A model generated the notes under the pieces. That model did no database searches. It was not told where the DNA came from and was given only the letters and a program-made list of their open reading frames with translations. Shown in pieces: positions 47,020 to 56,357 of a stretch of DNA of 64,000 nucleotides (positions within the stretch are counted from its first letter, which is position 1; each line of letters begins with the position of its first letter). The stretch spans positions 221,703-285,702 of the forward strand of contig JAKIVS010000001.1 in the NCBI GenBank assembly GCA_022750435.1, written 5' to 3'. The position numbers were made by a program, and so were the translations under genes. Source of the stretch: Thermoplasmata archaeon. GTDB taxonomy: Archaea > Thermoplasmatota > Thermoplasmata > Lutacidiplasmatales > UBA184.

Positions 47020-50000
47020 ATGGAGCGGCTTGCGCCACGGTACGACCCGACCGAGGTGGAGGCGGCCAGCCGCGCGTTCTGGGCGGAACGTTCCCGGCGG
47101 CGCGACGCCGAGGGCGCGGCGGGCCGGGGCGGCCGACCGGTCCGGCAGTTCCTCGGCACCCTCGCCCCCTCCGATTCTCCGGCCACGACGCTCCAGCGGA
47201 CCGTCGCCGCCGATGCCGAAGCGCGCTACCTGCGACTCGCCGGCCGACGGACGGATTGGTCGCTGAGGCTCCGGGTCCCATGGTCCGGCGAGGGACGGGA
47301 CGCCACGGTCGCGCGGCTCTTCCAGGCCGGCGTGAGCGGGCCTTCCACCGACCCGGACGGACTCGCCGAGCGGCGACGGTGGATGCTCGGACGCCTCGCG
47401 GACTCCCGCGTCTTGGTAGCGCGGGAACTCCCGCTCCGGATCTGCCCGAGCTGTCGGACCCCCCGCACCCCGGAAACGATCGTCTACGACGCGCAGCCCG
47501 GGCACGCCTACCTCGTCCGCTTTGCCATCCCGGACGAGGCCGAACGCACGTCGCTCCTCGTCTGGACGGACGAGGTCTGGAAGCTCCTCGGCACCGTGGC
47601 GCTCTTGGTCAACCCCGAAACCCCGTACGTCGTCGCGCGATTCACGCGCCGCGACACCGCGGAACGGGTGATCCTCTCCCGGTCGGCGCTCGACCGCGTG
47701 CAGCGCTGGCTCCCGGGGAGCTCCCTCGAGGTCCTCGAGGAGAAGCTCGGGGCGGACCTCGCGGGGACGACGTACTCCCACCCGCTCACGCTCGAGTACC
47801 CTCCCCTCTCCGACCTCGTCTCGCCCGCGGGCTCCGTCGTCGCCTCGAACGACGTGAGCGACAGCGGCACCGGGATCGTGACGCTCACCCCCTCGCACGG
47901 CGCCGGCGATGCGGCGGTCGCCCGGGCCCACCGGATCGAGGGTCCGTCGGTGGTTGGGACCGACGGCCTCGTGGAGTCCTCCCGGCCGCACAAGTACGCG
48001 GGGCTCGAGTTGGAGAGCGCGGAGGCGTTCATCCTCCGCGACCTGACCGAGGGAGGTTCGATGTTCGCCGAGCTGACCGTGCGGCGCGGCGTACCGTACT
48101 GTGCGGTGTGTGGCTCGGTCCTTCGCTGGGTTCCCGGGCGCGCCTGGTGCCTCGAACCGGGCCGGCTGAGCGCGGAGTCCCTCGGCCAGTTCGCGCGCCT
48201 CCTTCCCGACGACACCGTCCCCCTCACCTCCGAGGTCGTCCCGTGGTCGGTCTCCGAGACGACCCCGAGCGTCGACCCGTCCGACCCGATCCTCTCCGAG
48301 TGCTCCCAATGCGAGCGGCTTTCGACGGCCGCCACCGGGGAGCGGTGCGCCTGTGGCGGAGCGTTCGTCGGCGTGCGACGGCGCCTTCTGCCCGCGTTCT
48401 CCGAGGCCGTCGATGGGTGGGCCTCGGCCCGCGCCCTCGATCCCTCGGACCCGGTACGGCTCTACCTCCCGTACCGTCGGAGGGCCGCGGCGTTGCTCCA
48501 CCACCTCGCCGCCGGCGAGGCGCTCGACGCGCCGCCCGCTGACGTGCGATTGATCGCCCTCCCGACCTTGCCGCCCGGGACCTTCGGCGACGGTCCCGGT
48601 CAGGACGCCCAGAGGGCCGCGCTCCTCCGAACGAGCCGCCCCCCGCGCACGCTGGCCGTCGTCCAGGAACGCGCGGTGCAGGAAGCGCGGCGGCTGAGCA
48701 AGTTCTGGATGTTGGCCGCCCAGGTGCTCGACCGTTCGATCGCCGACGGATTTGAACCGGACCGGGCGCTCGCCGGTCACCTGTCGGAGCTGGCGGAGGA
48801 GGACCGGGCGTTCCTCTCCACCTTCGAGCGGATGCGGACCGACGTCCGTCGACGCTACGAGGCCGGCGACCTCGCCGCCGCCCAGGCGATGCTCGCCCGA
48901 TTCGCGGAGGTCGAACTCCGCGGGGGGTACCTCCCGATGGTCGCGAGCCGCCTCGCCGCGCCCGGGCTTCCGCCGGGGAAGGTCGCCGCCCTCCGGGTCC
49001 TCCACCACGTTCTCCCCGCCTGGGTCGAGCTGTACGCTCCCATCGCGCCGTTCACGATGGAGGCGCTCCACCGGGCGTTCCAGCCCGATGGAGGCTCCGT
49101 CTTCGACGGCGGGATCCTGCCGGCCGTCGACCGGGCCGTGTCGGTCGAAGCGGAGGGGGAGTACGACCGGTGGCGGACCTTCGGCGAAGCCCTGCGGGTC
49201 GGACGCCGGAGATTCGGAATCCCGGCCGCGACCGAGCTGCCCCGCGCGATCCTCCTCGTGAACGATGAGGCGACGGCGACCCGATTGCGTTCGACCGCCG
49301 CGGTCCTGGGGCGGCTCGCCCACGTGACGGAGGTCATCGTCGGCTCCCCGTCCCAACCGTGGGATGGTCAGAGGATCGAGGTCCATCCCGTCCTCGCGGC
49401 CATCCAGAAGACCTACGGGGCCCAATCGGCCCGGGTCGTCCGGATCCTGGAACAGATTCCGTCCCGTCGCGTGCAGGACGGCGTGCGGGCCGGCACGCTC
49501 TCGATCGCCCTCGACGGACGCCAGATGCCAATCCTGCCTGGCATGGTCGAGTTCTCCGAATCGCTGCCGGACGACGTGGTCCCGGTACCCTGGGGGCACG
49601 GCGAGATCCTGATCTCGCTCCCCCCGGACACGGCCCGCCACAAGCGGAAGGCGCCGGCCCTGACGCTGGACGGCTACCGGATCGTTCGCCACATCGAACG
49701 CCGCTTGCACATCGCCGGGGGGGTGACACCCGAGCTCGTCGTCGTGTCGGCCAACGGTCCGCTCGGCGAAGAGATGGCGAAGCACGCCGTCGCCGTCGCC
49801 GCCTACATCGGGATTGGGCAGCTCGCCGTCAACGACGGGACCCTCTCCCCCCCGATGACGGAGACGAGTCTCGGGCGCACGCGTCGCGGAGGTCGGTGGC
49901 GGGTCTACATCCCCGGCGTTCCGGTTCGGCCCCCCACGGCCCGGCCGAGCCGACCGGCCCTCGGACGCCACCGGGTTCCCGTGTTCGCTGAGAGCCGGCC

Positions 50001-51036
50001 CACGTTGGAAACCGTTCCCTTCCTCGAGGGGTCGGTCCGGAACCGCGAGGAGACGGTGCGCTCGATCGTCGAGCAGGTCGACCGAGTCGTCGGACGACCC
50101 GTGGTCGGACCGACCAAGGTCGGAAACGCGTTCGACGCCGGGTTCACCTCGTTCGACTTGCTGTCCAAAGCTCCGTACGACCAGCTCTCGGGCGTGGCGG
50201 GGTTCGGCCCGTTCGTCGCCGGTCTCCTCGTCGAGTCGTTCGGAGGCGAGGTACCGGCGCCACCGCCTCGCCACCGGCCCCACCTCGTGCGTCCGGGCGA
50301 ACACGAACCAGCACCTCCCGAAACGCTGGAGGCGCCGGCCATGGTCGAGCCCCAGCCGGCGCCCCCGGTCCCGGCCGCCGCCCCACCGCCCCTCGCGCCG
50401 CTCGCGGCCCCGATCCTTGCCCCGCCGCCGGCGGCAACCTTACCCACCATGCAAGTCGTTCCCGTGGCGCCGGTCCCGACCCCCGCCGTGCCGGTGCCGC
50501 CACCCCTCGCCCCACCCCCGGTCGTAGCTCCTCCGCCGGCTCCGGAGCCCCCAACTCCGGAACCCCCCGCCGCACCGCCTTCCGGAGTACGACTGAGCCT
50601 CGGGGACCGGGAGGAGCCGGCGTGGAGGAGCTTCCTCGACGCGACGAGCGCCGGACACCGGGGGCTGTGCCTCAGCCGGGAGTTCCCAGAACGTCGGCGC
50701 GCCCTCCTCGGTCCCCGGGACGTCGAGGTCGTCTGGCTCTCGAACGTCGGCAAGGGCTCTGCGGTCCGACCGGGCGACCTGCCGGCGCTGACGACCCTCC
50801 TGACCTCCGCGATGACCGACCGGGGCGTGACCGCCATCTTCGTCGAGGGGGGAGAGTACCTCGTTCGGATCCACGGCGTCGGCCCGCTCGCCGATCTGCT
50901 CCGGCAGCTCGACGCGCTCGCCCGCGAACGCTCCGCCCGGGTCTGGTGGCCGATCAACCCCGCGCTGATGCCCGGCGCGGACGTCGACGTCCTTCGGACG
51001 ACGGTGACCGTCGAGGGCCCCGAATCCCCGACGTGA
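47020..51036 (+). CDS. Catalytically degenerate isoleucyl/valyl-tRNA synthetase paralog fused via a Pro-rich linker to a C-terminal DUF835 domain
   Basis: Class I aaRS N-terminus (PRYDPTEVEAASRAFW). CP1 boundaries ICPSCRTPRTPETIVYDA and PYCAVCGSVLRWVPGRAWCLEPG. Editing-domain motifs LLVWTDEVWKLLG and GTGIVTLTPSHGAGD. IleRS-like DAQRAALLR, KFWML and LPAWVELYAPIAPFTMEAL. HIGH and KMSKS are absent. ~110-aa P/A/V-rich linker. C-terminal GLCLSREFP...VVWLS...AIFVEGGEYLV matches DUF835. Confidence 0.7.
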   Translation: MERLAPRYDPTEVEAASRAFWAERSRRRDAEGAAGRGGRPVRQFLGTLAPSDSPATTLQRTVAADAEARYLRLAGRRTDWSLRLRVPWSGEGRDATVARLFQAGVSGPSTDPDGLAERRRWMLGRLADSRVLVARELPLRICPSCRTPRTPETIVYDAQPGHAYLVRFAIPDEAERTSLLVWTDEVWKLLGTVALLVNPETPYVVARFTRRDTAERVILSRSALDRVQRWLPGSSLEVLEEKLGADLAGTTYSHPLTLEYPPLSDLVSPAGSVVASNDVSDSGTGIVTLTPSHGAGDAAVARAHRIEGPSVVGTDGLVESSRPHKYAGLELESAEAFILRDLTEGGSMFAELTVRRGVPYCAVCGSVLRWVPGRAWCLEPGRLSAESLGQFARLLPDDTVPLTSEVVPWSVSETTPSVDPSDPILSECSQCERLSTAATGERCACGGAFVGVRRRLLPAFSEAVDGWASARALDPSDPVRLYLPYRRRAAALLHHLAAGEALDAPPADVRLIALPTLPPGTFGDGPGQDAQRAALLRTSRPPRTLAVVQERAVQEARRLSKFWMLAAQVLDRSIADGFEPDRALAGHLSELAEEDRAFLSTFERMRTDVRRRYEAGDLAAAQAMLARFAEVELRGGYLPMVASRLAAPGLPPGKVAALRVLHHVLPAWVELYAPIAPFTMEALHRAFQPDGGSVFDGGILPAVDRAVSVEAEGEYDRWRTFGEALRVGRRRFGIPAATELPRAILLVNDEATATRLRSTAAVLGRLAHVTEVIVGSPSQPWDGQRIEVHPVLAAIQKTYGAQSARVVRILEQIPSRRVQDGVRAGTLSIALDGRQMPILPGMVEFSESLPDDVVPVPWGHGEILISLPPDTARHKRKAPALTLDGYRIVRHIERRLHIAGGVTPELVVVSANGPLGEEMAKHAVAVAAYIGIGQLAVNDGTLSPPMTETSLGRTRRGGRWRVYIPGVPVRPPTARPSRPALGRHRVPVFAESRPTLETVPFLEGSVRNREETVRSIVEQVDRVVGRPVVGPTKVGNAFDAGFTSFDLLSKAPYDQLSGVAGFGPFVAGLLVESFGGEVPAPPPRHRPHLVRPGEHEPAPPETLEAPAMVEPQPAPPVPAAAPPPLAPLAAPILAPPPAATLPTMQVVPVAPVPTPAVPVPPPLAPPPVVAPPPAPEPPTPEPPAAPPSGVRLSLGDREEPAWRSFLDATSAGHRGLCLSREFPERRRALLGPRDVEVVWLSNVGKGSAVRPGDLPALTTLLTSAMTDRGVTAIFVEGGEYLVRIHGVGPLADLLRQLDALARERSARVWWPINPALMPGADVDVLRTTVTVEGPESPT

Positions 51037-51126
51037 CCGGCCCGGCCGGCGAATGACGAGCGGCGCCTGCGGAGGGGCGATTCGCACGCACCACCCCCAG
51101 AAGTACTCCGGGGACGTCCGGAACCG

Positions 51127-51693
51127 GTGTCGATGGACGCGAATGTGGTGCCGCCCCGGGCCGGAGAAGGCTGGTGGGCGTCGAACGCCCAGACTCTGAA
51201 GACTCTCTTCCGGATGCTGTTCGGTCTCATCTGGCTGATCGACGGCTCCCTGAAATTCGCGCCCGGCTTCGTCGGCGCGTTCGCCGGAAGCATCTCCGGA
51301 GCCGGCCAACCCGGCTGGCTCCAGGGCTGGTTCTCTTTCTGGGCCACGCAGGTGAACGGCGACCCCGCCTTCTGGGTCTACCTCGTGGGAACGCTCGAGG
51401 TCCTGCTGGGCCTCGCGCTCATCTTTGGATTCATCCGCAAGGTGGCGTACGCCGGCGGCGCGCTCCTGAGCCTGTTCATCTGGGCCGTCCCCGAGGGGTT
51501 CGGCGGGCCGTACGGTCCGGGCTCGACGGACATCGGGACGGGCGCGATGTACGCGCTCCTGTTCCTAGCGCTGATTCTCCTGAACGCCACGTACGGTCCG
51601 AGCCGCTGGAGCCTCGATGCCTGGCTCGAGCGGAGGATCTCCTGGTGGAGCCGGATCGCGGAGCTGCGGCCGAAGTTGGCGGCCTCGCGCTGA
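51127..51693 (+). CDS. DoxX-family membrane protein
   Basis: 188 aa with 4 hydrophobic helices and DoxX-like spacing. Confidence 0.5.
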   Translation: MSMDANVVPPRAGEGWWASNAQTLKTLFRMLFGLIWLIDGSLKFAPGFVGAFAGSISGAGQPGWLQGWFSFWATQVNGDPAFWVYLVGTLEVLLGLALIFGFIRKVAYAGGALLSLFIWAVPEGFGGPYGPGSTDIGTGAMYALLFLALILLNATYGPSRWSLDAWLERRISWWSRIAELRPKLAASR

Positions 51694-51714
51694 GTTCGCC
51701 GTTCCCCACCGGGG

Positions 51715-52635
51715 TCAGACCGACTCTCCCGATCGGCGGGCCGCTCGCAGCCGGGCCACGTTCACGGGGAATCGATCCGGGAGCGCCCAGGCCGCGTACT
51801 CGGCCGGAATCGAGACCGGAGCGTCGGAGTCCGCGAGAGCTTGGAGCTCGGCGAAGTACTCCCGAAGTTCCCGGCACGCCTCGGGGGGTCCGACCGGTCC
51901 GTGCCCGGGCACGATCACCTTCGCGCCGATTCGCTCGATCCGTTCGAGCGTCGTCACCCATCGGTCGAGCGAGCCATCGGCCAACTCCGGATGCGTCTGC
52001 ACGGTGACGAGGTCGCCGGCGAACAGCACCTCGGTCTCCTCGACGAAGAGGACCGAGTCACTCTCGCTGTGGCCGCCGCCTTCGACCACCTGAACTCCCT
52101 TCGTGCCGGGGAAGCGGTGCCGGCCCTCGAAGCTCGCGTCGGGGACGAGGATCAACTCCGAGCGCGGAACGAGGGCGAGCTCCTTGCGGGCCGCCAGCTC
52201 GGCGAGGAGCGGCTCGCGGACGAGCGGATCGGTCTCCTGCGCGAGGCGGTCGTTTCGGGCCATCGTACCTTGCACCCACTCCGGTTCCCCGACCTCCATG
52301 GCGTAGCGCGACCCGTGCTCGAGGAGCAGCGTTCGCGTCGTCGCGGTCGCGAAGAACTTCGCCCCGCGGAACGACGAGTTCCCGAGCGTGTGGTCGAAGT
52401 GCCAGTGGCTGTTGACGACGACGGACGGGTCCCTTCCCGTGCCGAGTCGTGCGGCGGTCCACAAGTCGTGGGCCGCCTGCGGGGTGTGCGCCGTGTCGAA
52501 GATCAACGTCGCGTACCCGAGGTCGACGATGCCGCAATTGCTGGAGGCACTGGCTCCGGAACGGGTGACGGCGGCCCAGTTGCCGTCCGCCACCTGCTCC
52601 ATCCGAAACTGGTCGGACGGGAACGAAGTCGCCAT
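51715..52635 (-). CDS. MBL-fold metallo-hydrolase
   Basis: VVNSHWHFDHTLGN is the HxHxDH motif. Confidence 0.75.
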   Translation of the reverse strand: MATSFPSDQFRMEQVADGNWAAVTRSGASASSNCGIVDLGYATLIFDTAHTPQAAHDLWTAARLGTGRDPSVVVNSHWHFDHTLGNSSFRGAKFFATATTRTLLLEHGSRYAMEVGEPEWVQGTMARNDRLAQETDPLVREPLLAELAARKELALVPRSELILVPDASFEGRHRFPGTKGVQVVEGGGHSESDSVLFVEETEVLFAGDLVTVQTHPELADGSLDRWVTTLERIERIGAKVIVPGHGPVGPPEACRELREYFAELQALADSDAPVSIPAEYAAWALPDRFPVNVARLRAARRSGESV

Positions 52636-52762
52636 CGGCCCCCCGATGGGGCGGAGCGGCTCTTAGCGCATGGGACCGGGGCCCTGGGTCGCGGGATCGC
52701 GTCTCGCGTCGGTCGGGAAGCGAGCCGTTTATCGTCCCGGGTCTACAGAGGGCGCGCCACCG

Positions 52763-53305
52763 ATGGTCGTCTACATCGCGCTCCTGCGCGCCGTCAACGT
52801 GGGCGGACACGCTCCTCTCCCGATGGCCGACCTGCGCGCCGAGCTTACGCGCGCGGGGTTTGGGAACGTTCGGACACTGATCCAGAGCGGCAACATCGTG
52901 CTGCGGAGCCCTGAGCGATCCGGCGCAAACTTGGAGCGCCGGCTGGAGTCGCTCCTCCAGGAGCGGTTCTCCCTGACGACCGTTGTCGTCGTCCGAAGCG
53001 CAGCCGACTGGGCCGAACTCATCCGCGTCAACCCTCACCCCCGCGCGGCGGCCGATGACCCAGCCCGCCTCGCCGTGGTGTGCCTGAAGGCCGTCCCGCC
53101 GCCGGGAGCCGCCGACGCGCTGCGCGCGGCGATCCGAGGACGGGAGACCGCCGCCGTCGTGGGCCCGAACGCCTACGTCGTCTACCCGGACGGAACCGGG
53201 ACCTCCCGGCTCACGATCGCCGTCATCGAACGCGCCCTCGGGACGCGGGGGACGGCGCGCAACTGGAACACCATCCGCAAGCTCGACGGGCTCGCCCACT
53301 CGTGA
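52763..53305 (+). CDS. DUF1697 family protein
   Basis: YIALLRAVNVGGHAPLPMADLRAEL...SGNIVL matches the DUF1697 N-terminal consensus. TATA-like TTTATC at 52726..52731. Confidence 0.6.
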   Translation: MVVYIALLRAVNVGGHAPLPMADLRAELTRAGFGNVRTLIQSGNIVLRSPERSGANLERRLESLLQERFSLTTVVVVRSAADWAELIRVNPHPRAAADDPARLAVVCLKAVPPPGAADALRAAIRGRETAAVVGPNAYVVYPDGTGTSRLTIAVIERALGTRGTARNWNTIRKLDGLAHS

Positions 53306-54612
53306 GCGGACCCGGGGTCGACGGACGCCCGGGGGCTTCTCCGCCGCGAGGCTCCGCGGCCGTGGCGAGGCCCGCGCGCGGGCCCCGGCTGTGGGCGCCC
53401 ACGGCCCGGAGGTCGTTCCGGTGGACCGCCTACGCCCTCGGGGTCACCGCGTTCGCCGCCGCGACACCGACACCGCTCTATTCGGTGTACGCGCAGCAGT
53501 TCGGATTCTCGGCCTCCGTCCTTGGTCTCGTCTTCGCCGCCTACACCCCCGGCGTCCTCCTCACGCTCCTGATCCTTGCCCCGCAGGCGGATCGGCTCGG
53601 ACGCAAACGGTTCCTGTACGCCGGTATGGCGCTGACCGCGGCCGCCTCGGTCGGCTTCGCCATCGCCCCGGACGTCGTCGGACTGGCGATCGCTCGGTTC
53701 GTGGCGGGCCTCGCCGTCGGCGCGACCACCAGCGTCGCGACCGCGGCGATGACCGACCTCGAGCCGAACCGCGACCCGCACCACGTCGCGCGCGTCGCGG
53801 TCGCCGCGAACTTCGGCGGCTTCGCAGCGGGAGTGCTCGCGAGCGCGGCCCTCGTCGAATTCGCCCCGTTCCCGACGCACCTCGTCTACCTTCTCCCCGT
53901 CGTCGCCGGCGCGGTCGGCGTCCTCGCGATCCGGTCCACGCCCGAAACGGCCCCCTCCCTCGGGGCCCCAGCGGAACCGCGCCGCCTCCCCGTCGAGCTG
54001 CCGCCCGAGCTACGCCGACCGTTCTGGGTCGCGCTCGGCGGGATTGCCGCCTGCTACTCGATCTACGGTCTGTTCGCCGCGCTCGTCCCGTCGTATGTCC
54101 GCAACGGACTCGCCCTCCCCGACGCCCTCGACAGCGGCTTCGTGGTGGCCCTGATGTTCGGGACCGCGGCCCTCGTGCAGCTCGCCACCTCGCAGATCCG
54201 GGACCGACGCGCGCTCCTCGTCGGCCTCCCCGTCCTCCTGGTCTCCCTCGTCGGGCTCGTCGCCATCCTGCGACTCGGGACCTTTGGACCGCTTCTCGTG
54301 GTGGCCGCCGCCCTCGGGGCCGCCGTCGGACTCACGTTCATGGGGAGCGCCACGCTCGTCGACCGGATCGCCCCCGAGGAACACCGCGGGGGCGTTCTGG
54401 CCGGCTATTACTCCGCGGGGTACCTCGCCCTCGCCGTGCCGACCATCGGGGTCGCGGCCGCCTCCGAGCGGATCGGCCTCGCGACGGCCGGCGTGCTGTT
54501 CGGAGGCCTCCTCGCGGCCACCACGGCGGTCCTGTTCGTCCTCATCCTCTGGACCCCGACCCCGCCGGGGGGAGGCGGACGCCCCCGGACTCCGCCCGCC
54601 GCGCTCCGTTAG
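53302..54612 (+). CDS. MFS transporter
   Basis: 12 hydrophobic segments, LGRKRF loop motif. GTG start overlapping the upstream stop (GTGA); start uncertain. Confidence 0.65.
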   Translation: MSGPGVDGRPGASPPRGSAAVARPARGPRLWAPTARRSFRWTAYALGVTAFAAATPTPLYSVYAQQFGFSASVLGLVFAAYTPGVLLTLLILAPQADRLGRKRFLYAGMALTAAASVGFAIAPDVVGLAIARFVAGLAVGATTSVATAAMTDLEPNRDPHHVARVAVAANFGGFAAGVLASAALVEFAPFPTHLVYLLPVVAGAVGVLAIRSTPETAPSLGAPAEPRRLPVELPPELRRPFWVALGGIAACYSIYGLFAALVPSYVRNGLALPDALDSGFVVALMFGTAALVQLATSQIRDRRALLVGLPVLLVSLVGLVAILRLGTFGPLLVVAAALGAAVGLTFMGSATLVDRIAPEEHRGGVLAGYYSAGYLALAVPTIGVAAASERIGLATAGVLFGGLLAATTAVLFVLILWTPTPPGGGGRPRTPPAALR

Positions 54613-55073
54613 GCTTCGCGCGTCGAGGCCCGGTAGTCGCGCTCGAGCGCGGCGGCGTAGTTCGCCCACGTCACGCGCAGCTCCCGCTCCAGACGCGCCT
54701 TGGGCGGGTTCTTCCCGAGAGCCGTGGCCCGACGGACGCCCTGGAGCCGAAGCTCCGTCCGCCCGTCCGACAGCGACCGAAGTTCGTAGTCGAGGCTCCA
54801 GGTCCGGTAGTTCCCCATCGCGTCGGCGTGCCAGCGGTTGGGGGGTTGCAGGGTCACGGCCGTCCGGCTCCACATCCAGCCGTCGCCGGTGTCGGTCAGA
54901 TCCTCGTACACCACCTTCCGGCCTTTCTGGAGAAGGATTCGACGCTCGAACTTTTCCTTCTCAAGGGTCGGGTCCTCGGGGCTATAGTCCGTGCACCATC
55001 GGAAGACGAACGGCAACGGGGCGCGGAACGTCGCGCGGACCTCGTACTGGGCCGGGGGACTCAGTTCTGCCAT
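54609..55073 (-). CDS. SRPBCC (START/Bet v1-like) domain protein
   Basis: ~150-aa SRPBCC pattern. Start at Met 55073 (MAELSPPAQYEV) preferred over the extended ORF. Confidence 0.5.
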   Translation of the reverse strand: MAELSPPAQYEVRATFRAPLPFVFRWCTDYSPEDPTLEKEKFERRILLQKGRKVVYEDLTDTGDGWMWSRTAVTLQPPNRWHADAMGNYRTWSLDYELRSLSDGRTELRLQGVRRATALGKNPPKARLERELRVTWANYAAALERDYRASTREA

Positions 55074-55537
55074 CGTTCGGTGGACTCCGAGCCGGTAGAC
55101 CGGGGGGCAGGGATATCGCTTGACCTCGGGGGACCGGGTCGCACGACCGACGAAGCCGCCTCCACCCCCTCGCGAGACGGACGCGGCCCCGACCACGTCA
55201 CGCGGACGCCGTCCGCCACGGCCACCAGGACGAGAAGGAGGGGCAGGAGCGGGGCTCCCGCGGCGGAGCCGGACAAGCGGCCGGACGCGAGGAGAGCCCC
55301 CAAGACGCCGGCGGCCACGAGGGCCCCCAGAGCCGCGAGCACCCGCGGGAGCGGCCGCGGATTGGACCGCCGGAGCGAGACGGCGAGGAGGGTCGCGGGG
55401 AGGAGAAGCACCAGCAACACGGTGCCGGCGAGTTCGTGAACGTCGAGCCCGGTACCCGAGAGACCCAAGATCGCTGCCAAGAAGGCGACGGCCGCGGCGA
55501 GCGTCACGCTCAGGAGAACGAGCAGGGGAAGCCGCAT
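55061..55537 (-). CDS. Small hydrophobic membrane protein
   Basis: MRLPLLVLLSVTLAAAVAFLAAILG... with 3-4 TM helices. Weak. Confidence 0.35.
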   Translation of the reverse strand: MRLPLLVLLSVTLAAAVAFLAAILGLSGTGLDVHELAGTVLLVLLLPATLLAVSLRRSNPRPLPRVLAALGALVAAGVLGALLASGRLSGSAAGAPLLPLLLVLVAVADGVRVTWSGPRPSREGVEAASSVVRPGPPRSSDIPAPRSTGSESTERWQN

Positions 55538-55667
55538 CCGCGGAGACCGTGGCACGCCGGCCGGGTTCCGTACCAAGACCAAGGCGGTTGCGGTCGGAGG
55601 AATGGGTTCGGAGGCTTGGGTGACCCCGGGACGTCGCTCGCGGGGACCCGCGGAGCGGACCACCCGC

Positions 55668-56057
55668 TCAGGGCTTGGGGTACTGGTAGAGCCCGACGAC
55701 ATTCCCCTCGCTGTCTTTGAAATAGCCCATCCAGCCCATGCTGGCGTCTCCGATCGGCTGCTTGCGGACCAGGATCGTCCCGCCGTGCTTCTCGATCGAC
55801 TTCTCGGCGACCGTGATCTCATCGACCATGATCGTCACGACCGGATGCTCGAGTGGAGCTGCCCTCTTCGTAATTCCGCCCCCGATATACCCGGGCTCCT
55901 TCGGCATGCCCTCCTCGGTCACGGCCCCGGTCGAGACCATCGCGTACTCCATCCCGGGGGGTTCGACGTACTTCCAACCAAACGTCGATCCGTAGAACTT
56001 CTTCGCGCGCGTCACGTCGTCCGCCGGGATCTCAAAGTGTCCGACCTCTCCGCTCAT
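55668..56057 (-). CDS. VOC-family (glyoxalase/bleomycin-resistance fold) protein
   Basis: 129 aa, MSGEVGHFEIPADDVTRAKKFYGSTFGW...GNVVGLYQ. Only the C-terminal part of the 913-aa track ORF is real. Confidence 0.7.
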   Translation of the reverse strand: MSGEVGHFEIPADDVTRAKKFYGSTFGWKYVEPPGMEYAMVSTGAVTEEGMPKEPGYIGGGITKRAAPLEHPVVTIMVDEITVAEKSIEKHGGTILVRKQPIGDASMGWMGYFKDSEGNVVGLYQYPKP

Positions 56058-56316
56058 TTTGGCCCCCCTTCTCCCGAGCGTTCCCACGCTAAAAAACCGA
56101 ACCGGAGGTCGTGGAACGGTTCCGAATCCTCCGCCTCGGGAACGCCCCACCCCTCCTCCCGCCGCGCGGTTCGGAAGACGAACGGTACGCGACGGCACCG
56201 CCGGGAATCGCCGCCACGAACGGGGAGGGCGCGAAGGGCCGATGTCCTGGACGGGAGCGAGGGGGCCCCGTTCCGTCCGACGGGGGCCCGTCGGGGCGAG
56301 ACACATCGGGAGGCGG

Positions 56317-56357
56317 CTAAATACCGGGACTCGGGTCCCGCCGCCCCGGGTAAACAA
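56317..56357 (+). promoter_or_regulatory. Promoter of gly-rich paralog 1: TATA-like TAAATA plus conserved ATACCGGGACTCGG and CCGGG-N17-CCCGG palindrome
   Basis: Near-identical element repeated at 59540..59582 upstream of paralog 2. Both genes begin ATGTCG. Confidence 0.55.

Noticed and set aside
56100-56140. GGAACGGTTCCGAATCC resembling a tRNA T-loop
   Set aside because: It is a GGAAC/GTTCC hairpin with no acceptor or anticodon arms. Not a tRNA.
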